DNA of 64,000 nt from positions 2,914,001 to 2,978,000 of the forward strand of contig CM074808.1 of assembly GCA_037447605.1 (NCBI GenBank), given 5' to 3'. The notes beneath the pieces were generated by a model. That model searched no databases. It saw only the letters and a program-made list of their open reading frames with translations, and was not told where the DNA came from. The stretch's first letter is position 1, and every line of letters begins with the position of its first letter. The DNA comes from Zygnema circumcarinatum SAG 698-1b. Taxonomy: Eukaryota; Plantae; Zygnematophyceae. Below are positions 47,375 to 59,233 of the stretch, piece by piece. Made by a program: the position numbers and the translations under genes.

Positions 47375-48816
47375 TTAGCGCACTATTGCATTTAAGGGAA
47401 TGCAAATCACGCGCCCCACATGAAGGTTCCTATTCAAACAAACTTCCTTCTTGTTCAAGGCTTTGTACGTCGACTTCTTGTTGCCGAAGTACAATTTCAC
47501 TAACTTCGCACACGAGTCGCCCTTTCTTATTTTGTAGGTCTTGCCCGTGCAGCCGGCGGCTATGCCTGTCATCCGCTCGCCTGTCAAGTAAATCTGCACA
47601 GTTTTGGGGGGGTTATAAAGGTTTGCATTAGTGTTTCTAGGGTTTTAGATTACGTACTGTTTTTAGTACAGACAACCCCAGCGTTGCATTTGAGAGTGAA
47701 CCAAGTGAGCAAGGGAGAGTGAGAGTACATGTTACGCATCCTGCAAGGGACTCAAACTAAAGGCAAAAACATCAGGACATTCACGACAAGCATTTCATGC
47801 AAGCGCCCTCACCCTTAAACCCTTAAGAACATAATAAGGAATAGGTTTTGACGAGCACCTCTTGTCCAAAGCTTTCATCGAAAGATGTTGATAAGACCAA
47901 CCGGATGCAGTAAATTCCACGATTGAGAGCAAAGAACAGGAGGGAGTTGCCGTTGAAGAGAGTGGCGATGATGGATGCACATGTGTCCCCCTTTGCCGCG
48001 ATGTATGCCGAAGTGGGAACTAAAACATCGGAGGGACTCCCCTTCGAGATGCACATCTGCATGGGACCGGCGGCATGCAAAGCATGTGAGGATGGGCATG
48101 TGAGAGGAATAACCCTAAAAACCCTAAAAACCGTAAAAACTATAAAAACCCAAATGTAACGATTGGTAGCGAGATGGACCACACGCAGGCAAGGACAGTG
48201 GCGATCCAAGATTTTGCTCAAGGAAGGCTAAGCCCATTTTGAGGGGAGGCTAAGCCCTCTTTCAGCATAAAATACATATTATAAAATATAAAAAAAAAAA
48301 TGAATTTGCAAAATCTCCAGGGGGGGTAAGCCCGTAGACCTGCTGTCCAGGCTGAAGTTTGGAGCAGTTGAAGCTCGGGTTGAGGGAGTTGGGTCCCACG
48401 ATTTCGGCAATCGACTTTTTCAACAATCCTCCAATCGAGTCACAAGTGTCACCCTGTAATTTTATCCAAATTAAAGTAAAATTTTAAGCCAAAGGACAAT
48501 GAAGAAGGAGAGATTACATTGCACGAAGCTCGCTCCTTATCACTTTCCAATTGTACCAGTCAATCATGGCTACGAAATACGCCCAGAACGACCATTCTGT
48601 GACAGCTTTTACAAACTTCTTCTCCGCCAGAAACTGCCAATTGGAGGATGAAGCTACAACGCACCTTGTTGATTGCATACGTCACGTTGCAATTGGGCAG
48701 CTGCAGGGGGAAGGCCACTGTCACATTGGTCCCCGCGGGGAGGGGCACACTGCAGTTGATGGCCTGCACATGCATGCATGGCCCTCGACTCTTCCGCCAT
48801 TAGTCGACAGGCCTCT

Positions 48817-48882
<66 letters not shown>

Positions 48883-51800
48883 AATAAAAACCTAAAAACC
48901 TTGACAACATTGATTTTTAAAATCCTCTATGCATGCATTAGCAGCTGAACATATCATCATAATAACAAATAGTGAGAAAACTAATTAGCATACGAAAACA
49001 CACCAATAAGAGATTCCATGCTACAATTCATTTGCTATCGCCGTACATGCAGTGGTGAAAGAAGCAGAAGCAACGACTGTCTCTAAAACGAGGTGCAAAA
49101 TCATACCGGGTTCATCTGCAGGAAGGCAGCGAGCGTGAAGCCGTACAACTGAATGATGGTGTCACATGTTATGGGAGTAACGACGAAGTACGTGCGCGAA
49201 GAATTTGATGCTGCGTGGTGAAAAAAACAGTAGTAAGAAAAAAAAGAAACTTAAAACTATTAGATTCTATTCAATAATCACGCTTGAATACTCGAGTTTC
49301 ATTCGACCATGTGAGAACTTTGCACTTCAATTCAATGCAGAATTTCGTGTTCCACATCGCAACCTAATATAGCCCTCTTACCTCTCATTACAGCCACCTG
49401 CACTCCCTACTTTTACTATGGAAGGTGCCAATACTTACTCCAAATGCAGGTGGGTTTTCCGTCAGCAGCAAATGTCCCCAACTCGAGTCCGAGAGGACAA
49501 ACGCAAGCATAGTTGCCGGGGGAGTTGGCCACGTCAGCACATGCTCCTTGCCCGCACGGATTGAAGGTGAAGAATGTGCAGGGAGACACTGCCAATGTCA
49601 ACAGAAACAGAAGAAAGATTGCCATCAATAGACTCAACAGAACTAAGAAATATGAGAAACGAGTTGCAACATTTTCCTTGAAGCAGAGATGTTTGGCCCT
49701 TCACCTGGAACACAGGATTCGGAGCCGTCAGCTGCAACTGCCACAGTGAAGGGCGACCTGCAGTCGCATTTGTTGGTCAAAACAGAGCGGGAGATTCCAC
49801 TCACTACCACCTGCTTTGTGATAGGGCTGCAGGTGTACCCTCCGCAAGGGTTCAGCATGCCCGGGCCCACTGCGTTCTGAAGCTTCAACTTCCCAAATGC
49901 GTTGTTGTTGCAAGGGTCCGGCCCTAAGCAGGGAGACAACGGAGAAGAGTTTAGTCAATTTGCAAAACTCCTTAGACTACAGAATGGACGAGGGAAACGT
50001 AAACCTGAAAAAAAACCCAAACATTTGGTTCTATACCACCCATCAACCAACACTTCTGCAGTGCCGGAGGAGTGAACAGTCGAAAGAAGTGGAGAAATGC
50101 AGAGAATGGATATAAACTGTAGAAACTCTGTGATTCCGAAATGTCTATGAATACAAGATGTCTCATCCACATGGGTGAAGCTACCTCATTCGAAAAACAA
50201 AACATGTTCGGATGAAGTTTTTTTTTTCTTTTCACGCACCTTTGATGACTGGATAGATGGCAGGCAGAGTGTTGATGTTGCAGATGCCCGTCCCCCCCCG
50301 GATGGCCATCCGCATATCGCCGTTCTCTCCCCATGCAGGGCCCCATGAGTTGCGGATTTTCCAGTGCTGCGGTGACGTGGTCAAATCGTAGCCGTAGACC
50401 ACTACGCTATGATCCACCCCCTCATCTGCGCAGCTATCGTCGTCATATATACCCTGCAACGCAACGAGAGTCACCCGTAATCACGCTCAAGACCTTTCAT
50501 ATATCTAAAGAATAAGAATACATTATGGAATCAGTGTTCGTCAGCTAGTAGTAGTAGTAGTAGTACAAATCACTGAATTTTCAATCTTAGGAATGGCTGC
50601 GATTAAAAAGATGAATTCACATTAAAGCCCAAAATCGCATATGCCTCGTACCCCGTTATAGTTGATGAAGGAGATGTGGTTCGCTCGGATTGTCACGATC
50701 ACGGACTGCTGCTGCACGACCAGCATGAGACCAATCCATCCATAGAAATTGACCATCTCATAGGAGGTCACGTTCAGAGACGTCCTCTGCAGGCAAAAAA
50801 ACAAGATGTCAACAACTTCCAACAGCCTGCATGCTTTAAAAATCTTAAAAAACTAGCAAAAAAGAAATTAAAAAAAAAATGTAAAAATTCTGTAAATTTT
50901 TTTGCAAATGCAAAATTTTTGATCTGCTTTATTCGCTTCCTTTCGGCAAAAATAGTGCCAGTTGAGGATGTACAGTGATTCCACAGTTCTTGGATGCAGT
51001 CGACCCCGCGTAGGGGTAAGCGATGGAGGTAGTGACTCCATTCTTGATGACAAAGTCGAGAGCAGTTCCGGGCCACTCCCCATCGCACCCACTTGTTGCA
51101 GCGCAGTCCAAAATGTGCTCTACGGAGATGTCCGGCAGTGAGGCCCCTCCGTGGTACAGAAAGTATGCCGTTTCCAAGGTTGCAGCAGCTGCAAATGCCC
51201 AGCATGCATCTGGACAGCACAAGGAATATATTCCGTCAGTGGGGCATGGAAACACATGGCAACGCAGGGCAGCCTCATGTGATTTGCGTAAAAGAGAGAG
51301 ACCAAATGTGATGGTGATGGGTGGGATGCGATTGCGGGTTGTGAGGACATTATTGCATTGCCTTTTGTTGTGTGCAGTGTGAAGTTTGGAAGAATAGGAG
51401 TCCTAAACGCCGTACAAGAGAGACACAGAGAGAGTGACACTTCCATTACACAAAATTCCAAACTGATCATAAGCATCCAAAACTCTTGAAGAATTCTACA
51501 AGCACTTCGTAGTTGGTGAATGTATGAGGAAAAGAGAAATGACATACTGCAAGTTGAACCCTGCGATTTGACCGGTCGGAGTGCTCCCTGTTGACTCCAA
51601 TCCCACTGCATCGCCGCCAACCATGACGGCTTCTTGTCTAAAGAATTCAAATATCCCGCACTCGCATAGCGGAACCCCGTGCCCGAAAGACTTGTTTGTG
51701 GAAAAATCGATAAGCCAAATGTGAATGCACCTGCTCCCAAAATGCAACAGTCCTTTGTCCTTATTGAAAATGTGTTTCCAGAAATGCTGTTCCTGCTCTC

Positions 51801-54800
51801 ACGAACTCTTCTTCTTCTTCTATCCCTTTCTCTGCCCACAGCTCGCATTGCTTCGCAATCATCATCACGTTCCATGGCTTGAGCAAGAAAAAAAGATAAC
51901 GAGTTCATGGAATAGACATGCGTGCTCTCTGAATACCAGAACACTCACTAGAGGGGAGGGGAGTTGCAGTGGGAGGAGGAAACATAAAGAAGGCAGAGGA
52001 GAGAAGAGAACAGAAGCGAGTGAACCGCGAGATAGTGGGAAAGATAGAATTTTGAAGAGGGAGGATAGAGCCCATTTGACGAAGGACCAACCAAAAGGCG
52101 AACATATAGACTCACCAAAACGGCATGTTTTGCCAGAATTGGTTGATGTATAGCCCGAGTCGCATAAACAAGTAGGTGCTGTACTGTCAGAGCCGGGCAT
52201 GCATTGGCCATGGCCGCCACATGCACCTTGAGTTTGATAGCTATCGCAGAAAGCAGAACATTCTGAATAGCTTCCTTGAGTTTCTAAGAGACAAGCTGAT
52301 GTGGGGTCGGCAGTTAAGCAATTTTCGGCCAAAGATCCGAAAACTGTAGGGGTTCTCGCTTGTGAATTAAAATCTGGTGGGCAGAATTCTCCGGATGAGT
52401 TGTATAGGATGGGACTTCCAGAGAAATAGTTGTTGCGGAAGTTGACATATTTTATAATGCTGGATTGGAATGTGGAGATAATTTGACCGGTAAAGTAATT
52501 GTTTTGTACGTCTCTGAAAGCACCCCCATTTAATCAACATTTACTTCAAATAAATAAGTAAAGAGATTAAACTTCAAACAAGCACTCCTTCAGATTCTCA
52601 CAGACAGCTTTCCTGTTAAAAACTTGCCATTCTGGGTTTTGAAGGTCTGAAATGTCCTACAGCTCTGTGAGGTATGGCAGATGCGCGATTATGTGCGGAA
52701 GCTCTCCCGTGAATCGATTATCATTCAGAAACCTACAAAAAAAAAAAACATACCATGTGTTTTTCATCGCTCATCCTTACTTTTGAGAAGAGAATTGAAC
52801 CAAAAGGTAATTGAAAGGACAGAAAAAGCTCACAGATTTCGAAGTGACGTCATTGATGCGATGCTCGCTGGAACAACTCCAGTAAATGAGTTTTCAGGCA
52901 GAAACCTGCATCATAAAAAACTACGACAAGTTTTTTATGTTCAAAACATAAAAAACTACGACCCCATAGTCGAACCAGAGTTACACATTTGAAAAAATGA
53001 AAACTTGCCGTTCGTGTGAAGTGACCCTGTCACGGCTTGGAATTCAAAGTTTTTAAAGGCAGGATTTTCCCCCTTACAAGTGCCAAAGGTATTGGAGATT
53101 TCCGAGACTGCCCGGTAAAGTGCCGGTCAGTGAGCAACCATATGCGCTTCTGAACCACCAGATCGCAGAAGGCACAGAAAAAAAAAAAAAAAAAAAAAAA
53201 AGCGTTCAGAAATCGAGAATGAGTCCTAAGATATTTTAAACGTTTACACTGATCCCATTTTTGGCGAGATCTCCGACATCAAACTGACAGCCTGCAAGTC
53301 AGAAGTTTAACATATATCGATGAAGGACTTGAAACTTGACCACTTTCTTTCAACCCAGAAGTGAAATGAGGGGCAGAAAGAGGCATGTGAGAACTAGGGA
53401 GAGAGAGAGAGAGAGGGTAACAGGGAGAAGGAGAGAGGGAGAGAGGGAGAGCGAGATGGCTATATGTCAATTCCACGAGAACGTCTTGTATTCAAGAGCA
53501 ATTCGACAGTCTCATACTCACAAGGTAACTAAACTTTTCATGTTTCCGATGTTCGAAGGAAGGGTCCCCCCTAAAGGGTTCCTCTGTAACTCTCTGATAA
53601 ACGATACATAACATCAGCCATGTAAGAAAGTAAGAAATTTCATCAAGGAAAGCTCTGATCTTTAGAAGTGGGATAGCCAATAATCAATCCACTCCTTTTC
53701 TGCATTGTCGTCTCCCCTTCTCTCCGTCCTTCCCATTCTCTTAACGATGAAATCAGTGTCCTGTTGCTGTTTTAAGAAATGAAGATTTTCAAACCCTAAG
53801 TTTTTCATATTCAGCTGTTACCCATTCCAATTCCGTATCACAGTTGAACTAGATCTATATCTAGTTTTTTTAACCGCCCGGGCTCATTCCATTACTTGAA
53901 AGGAAACTGGTTTCAGTCTCTCTAATAGCCCCGTTCTCCCCTTCGCAATTTGTAGATGCAGCTCACACAGGACACTCACAAGTATTGCAATGACTGAAGA
54001 TTCGTAATGGTTATTGGAATGCCACCGGAAAAGCTGTTCTTACCAAGTTTCCTGCAACATTTAAAAAGAAATCACGATATAGCTTGGTTTAGGAACAGAA
54101 CATCCAAATATGTAAATTAGAAACCAAAAGAACAAAATAGTAAAACCAGTGACAAAACAGAGTAAGTCTTCCACTGCTAAGCGACCCGTTATCGACCAAC
54201 TTGCTGATTGCAAGAGCGCATTATCCTACATGTAATATCGTTTAAAGTTTATTGACTCACAGAGTGACAATTTTCGATAGGATGCCGATGCTAGGTGTAA
54301 TTTTTCCTGTCAGGCTTTGAGAAGTCAAATCTCTGCAAGAAAAGAAAGGACCTTTGTTATACCTTCTCCTTACTTTTTCCATCCTCTCCCTCGCTCTTTC
54401 CCCCTATCCACTTTGCTCTCTTCCCACCTATCCTTCTCCCATCCCACTCTTCTCTCCTCTCCGTTTCTACAACAGTCTCCCTCTCATCCATTTTCGCACT
54501 CCCTCTTTCCCTATCTCTCCCTGCTCCCTCTTGCGACCCGCTCCATCTTTTGTCTATCTCTCTATAAAATTGGTGCTATAATGACTCTACTTACATTTTG
54601 TTCACTGCTCCAGTTGCGTCACACCAAACACCGTTCCAGTAACTTGTGATCATGCAATCGCCGTCGTAGACCCAATTGTTTAAGTAAGCATTGGGGTCAC
54701 TTGTTATTCCCCTCTTGAAGTCCATGAGGACTCTCACTGCAATTGATGGAGGGCAAGAACGCTATACATTAGCCCATATAAGCACAAGCTGATTGATTAG

Positions 54801-57388
54801 TCATTCATTTCTAAGTCCGCATTGCGTCGATAGGTTCATTCCAAAGCTTGAGTTCCGGTAACAGGAACGAGTAGCTTCATTCCACTCTCTAAATTACAGC
54901 GAGAGTTTTTTAGAGCTGCTAAAGCAGATAAAAAGGGAGGCTCTTACGTTCAGGTAAAAGTGTAGCCGGAGTGCCAAATGCTTGAACTTCGCAAAGGGTT
55001 AAAAATCGATTATCTCCAGGAAGATGAGCCCATAGGTAGCGACCAGATAGGAAGCAATCTATGGTGAAGGGGAATCCGCGGTCTGTGTCCGAATACACAA
55101 AGTTTGCATTGGGATTACAACGCACATTTCCAAAAGCATTCCAAGAACTGTTGCTGTTACCGACCCACACCTCCACCCCATTCAGTCGGTCAAAGCAAAC
55201 ATCGCAGTCGAGTCGGTTGAATAAGTTAACAACGTTCACATTGAAGATGGCTCCCAGGTCGACATACCACCACGGGTCACTCTGTTCATTTGTACAACTG
55301 CAATCATCTGCAAAATTCCATGAGGTGATACCGTTCACCGCATAGAACGCCCCTCCTCCAGGAAACAAGCTCGACTGAAAAGCAGGTTTGTTCACAGCAA
55401 GATTTGGAGCTCCATAGACCTCCACTTCACAAATTGTGAGGATAATACTTTGAGGAAGGTAAAGCCAAACATAACGACCGCGAACATAACAGGGCTGAAT
55501 GTGCGGAAAGCCGGTTGAGCTTGTTGAGAATGCAAAGATAGTAGAGGGGGAACATTGAGTATTTGCAGTGATGGAGTCGTTGTTGTTGCCAATCCAAACT
55601 TGAACACTGTTCAGTTGATCTGCACAGCAATCCTGCCTGTTGAATATCTTCACCCAGTCGATCAGATGTTCTGTTTGAAGGTCCACCTTCCACCACAGAG
55701 GAGCTGGCGAATTCCAGAACGTTGAAGCACAAGTTTTGCTCCCCCAATTGCCCTGCCCATTGTTGCCATCAACAGCTAAGGATGCAGGATATTGGACCCC
55801 TCCATATACTCCAACCTCTGATATGAAAGACGGTTTCTTCAGGGCGACATTGCCTGCAAACAGACATTGCGTAAAATTTGAAAAAGATATCCACGATTTT
55901 AGTCCAGCGGGGGTCTGAGATGCAAGATTTTTAATTTAGGGGGGGCAAACCAATGAGTTGGGAAAAGTTCTGAAATTCGAGTGTAGTTTTTCTACTCAAC
56001 CTTCAAAGGCGGTTTCAGTGGCTGACAGCTTTTCAAAATCTGAGGGGGGAGGGGCTAAGCCCCCCCTCAAGCAGCCATGGATCCGCCACTGGACCATCTC
56101 TGTGCTTGTTTATTACTCGCTAACCTTCAGAGGCAAACCTACTTGGATAAATAAAAGCAGGGAAGCCGAGGAGACGATCTTTGCCACTCGGAGGGCCTCA
56201 ACATTTGAAGCGATGTCCAGCCTATTACGAGTTTTTCCTTTCTACTTAACTTTGACTTTGATTTTGGCAACAACCTCAAGCACTTACTGACGGACGATGA
56301 AACTCGATATGCTTCGATCATCCGGCAAGCGTTGAAGAAGAAGAAACTCGTCACGGCATGGAGCGCTCTCCAAGGGGTCACCTGTACCTGCATGCATGCG
56401 CAGTACAAAAGACGTGACTCCAAAAGGCGTGTTCAACCAGGCTCAATCGGTGCCACCAAAGTCAAAAAATCAACAACTTGTCCCTCGACATTGTCAACCC
56501 CATGATCGAAAGAGAGGGGTCAAAGCGGCAGCGCTATAGAAGGCCTGTACAGAATATGGTGGGGAAGGACGACCATATACCTTCGCTTTTAACGACAGAC
56601 ACATGGTTGGTTCAGGGCACAACGCAGTGGACAATGAAAAGCATCGCCATGCATGCCATACATGAATGTCAAACCATACGCGGTCAAGTGTACATAACCA
56701 TGCATCCATACCATACTGTACGCATGTCAATACACTCGTGCTATACCTCATACCATACATGCATATCCGTTCATGCGTGCAAACCGCACAATCAACACAT
56801 TGATATGGTGTGCATGCACATCCCACATCCGTACAGGTACGCGCATGCATCACATCCAAATGTGCTTCACCCCACATTTCATGCGCATCCATGCGCCTCC
56901 GCCATGCGACACATGGCATCCTCACATCCTTGCTATGCTCCCATGCACCCACGCCATGCACATCCGTACATCCCAGGATGGGATCGCCGGCTTGTCGAAG
57001 GAGGCTTGTCCTGGCCTGGCTGTACGGTCACCGCATGCAAAATTCTATCCTGGCCAAGGTCACAAACGGGAGCCGCCGCAAAGGTGTGCCCACAACTCGC
57101 ACCAAACTCGCATGCATGCATGGGTGCATGCATATTGTGCGCCATTCAGAGGCTTAAAAACTTCAGTTTTCTTTCTTTCGTCCTTCCTTTCATCTTTCTT
57201 TTCCCCATGTTGTGGGGTAAACAGCACATGGTGGTCCACTAGTTGATTCCCAGGGGGGCTGAGATCTTCTATTCTTACTCCGTTGTTTGTTTTTTGTTTC
57301 AATTTCCTTCGACTCCATCTCCTTTTCCTTTTCTCGGACCCAAAAGCACGCAGCCACTCACCCCCTTCGCCGCCCGCCGGCCCGCCAT
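47375..57388 (-). CDS. ~1267-aa multidomain protein: 2x F-type lectin (FTP), LRRNT, LRRs, EGF, papain-family (C1A) protease, 2x EGF, 4x LysM
   Basis: 21 exons (57388-57362, 56387-56288, 55853-54948, 54736-54595, 54332-54261, 54051-53980, 53593-53522, 53149-53078, 52905-52834, 52513-52116, 51730-51548, 51209-50974, 50786-50652, 50453-50240, 49923-49705, 49588-49439, 49210-49107, 48763-48665, 48453-48340, 48056-47859, 47593-47375). All have GT-AG boundaries with matching phases and sum to 3804 nt. Confidence 0.82.
48196..48333. mobile_element. Truncated MITE in an intron of the multidomain gene, same family as 55902-56094
   Basis: Starts CAGTGGCGATCCAAGATTTT and contains GGCTAAGCCC repeats shared with the copy at 55902. 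Confidence 0.5.
48817..48875. repeat. (CT)n microsatellite, intronic
   Basis: Directly visible. Confidence 0.95.
55902..56094. mobile_element. Intronic MITE-like element with imperfect TIRs
   Basis: Left end GTCCAGCGGGGGTCT versus right end GGATCCGCCACTGGAC; internal GGGGCTAAGCCCCCC. TSD not clear. Confidence 0.5.
56480..57145. repeat. CATG/ATGCA-rich low-complexity intronic insert, probably repeat-derived
   Basis: Dense catgca/gcatcc/catac motifs inside intron 1 of the multidomain gene. Confidence 0.45.
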
Positions 57389-57435
57389 CGCGACTTCGAC
57401 GGCACCTCCGGAGAACAGCGGTCGCTCGGAGCACT

Positions 57436-57590
57436 TAAACCCTAAACCCTGAACCCTTGAGCCCTTCACCAAAGACCTAAAAAAACCGGAATGCCTTGAC
57501 CCTGAACCTTTGACCGTGAACCCTAAAACCAGAAGCTCTTGACACTGAAACCTTGATCCTTGACCCTGAACCCTTGACCCTGAACCCTTT
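57436..57590. repeat. Degenerate 7-nt-period telomere-like tract (AAACCCT/GAACCCT/TGACCCT)
   Basis: aaaccctaaaccctgaacccttga...ttgaccctgaacccttgaccctgaaccc. Confidence 0.75.
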
Positions 57591-57836
57591 CCGGGGGAAG
57601 AGGGAGACTTTGGCGGACGGAAGGACCCTCTCGCGCGTCCACTTGTGATGTCCAATTTTGCCGTTTGCGGGCTCAACCGTCAACTGTATTTTGCCGAAAA
57701 TTTGTCGTTAGCGGGGCAGTTAGTTTCTGTTTCCAATAACATTGTGTATCCATTGTGTACAATAATAACAGCCAATCATGATGAAATAAATTAGTTTATT
57801 GTCTTAGCACGTGTGATGTAGACCAACGTCGTAGTA

Positions 57837-58698
57837 CAGTAGGGGGTCCTCATATTTTCCACCCTGGTTCCGGCCAATATGAGGCGAAAATATTAATTTT
57901 GCATATATAAGGTTCGTGTTACGAATAGACGGGCGGTATTATGTTAGAGTTCATGTTGGACCGTACGTATCGTACCGTACCATATCGTACTGTATCATTT
58001 AGCATCGTATCGTATCGTGACATATCGTGACGCATAAGCGTAGTTTTTAGGACTATGTTGTTCGTCTCATTGATGATGCTATAATTATCAATAGTGGAAG
58101 AGCACACCCATGATAAAATAAATGAGTGAGTTAATATTGGGCTGGGGGTTGACGGGCTTCCATGGCAATGAAACAAAATTGGGTGCCTTGTGCGACTGAG
58201 ACGACGCTCAATACCAAAACACCTCTTAAAGTCAATATGCTTGCTTGTCAATATGCTTGCTTGTCAATATGCTTGCTTGTAGATGGTTCATGTGGATGGT
58301 ATATGGAGCAGATGTAACAACTGACGGGCTAATCCCCTCAGTCGTGTGCGGAAATCTCTCAGTCTGCGGTACGTTGGTTGGATGACGACAGTCATCCTCG
58401 CCCCTATATAGTATCGGGGAGTTTCGTGTCGTATCGATCGTATCGTATCGTATCGTATCGTATCGTGTCGAAGTCAAGAAGACGGGGCGAAGAGCGAGCG
58501 CCTCTTACGGCGGCACGAGCGGGGAGAGTAGTGAGTTTTGCGTAAGCCCGTAACGGCTAGTACAGATAGTACGAAAAGTACGGATAGTAAGGATAGTACG
58601 GCTAACACAAGTTACCGTACAAAAAGGTGGTTTCGGCAAAATCGGGGCGAAAATATTGAGGACGCACTCAGGGTGGTAAATACGAGGACCCCCCACTG
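57837..58698. mobile_element. Non-autonomous Tc1/mariner-superfamily element (862 bp)
   Basis: 30-bp TIRs CAGTAGGGGGTCCTCATATTTTCCACCCTG / CAGTGGGGGGTCCTCGTATTTACCACCCTG (3 mismatches), flanked by TA on both sides; internal (CGTAT)n tracts and a 16-mer triplication; no transposase. Confidence 0.88.
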
Positions 58699-58828
58699 TA
58701 GACAAAATTGTTTGTACTTATTTGTCGACTTTTGGATGTACAAAACAGAAAATAAACGGGTTTGCAGAAACCGTTTTTTTTTGCGGAGGTCGCCTGGCGT
58801 TGACTGTACGAAATTATTGTCCTTTCAG

Positions 58829-59233
58829 TAGGGATGGCCCGCGTTATAAATTCCGAATACATTATTTACTTTACAACGGGTTTAAAAGTAGTAATATATT
58901 ATAAAGTAAAAGACTTTATTATATATATTATACCCATTCGTTTTGAACAATTAACGACCGTACGACCTAACTAGTACGGTCGTACGGTCGTACCATACCA
59001 AAATTAGGTCGTTTTGGCGTTGGCGTTGCGAAATGCGTCCGTCTGGTTCATCCTGTCTGCTCGTGCTCGACCGTACATTCGTACCGCATAATTCCGTATA
59101 GTCGTACCACCATACGACCGTCCGACCGTACATGTTGTAAAGGCGTTGTAAAGTAATATATATCAGCCGTTATCTAGTCGTCACAGTTGTATAATATAAT
59201 ATATATTATATGGTCGTAATTAATCCATCCCTA
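58829..59233. mobile_element. Non-autonomous hAT MITE (405 bp)
   Basis: TIR TAGGGATGG...CCATCCCTA (Ac-like), perfect 8-bp TSD CCTTTCAG at 58821-58828 and 59234-59241, and many GTACGAC/CGACCGTAC subterminal motifs. Confidence 0.92.

Noticed and set aside
52441-52470. Apparent frameshift in the last LRR/EGF exon (the ORF track starts only at 52332)
   Set aside because: Re-reading shows a continuous frame from 52513 (DVQNNYFTG...SIIKYVNFRNNYFSG...). The track simply lacks an upstream start codon.
56478-57246. His/Met/Cys-rich ORFs of 115-254 aa
   Set aside because: They are translations of the CATG-rich repeat within intron 1 of the multidomain gene.
58231-58279. Short direct repeats (here and at 14707-14744 and 5330-5400) as CRISPR-like arrays
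   Set aside because: They are head-to-tail tandem units without unique spacers, in eukaryotic DNA with no cas genes.
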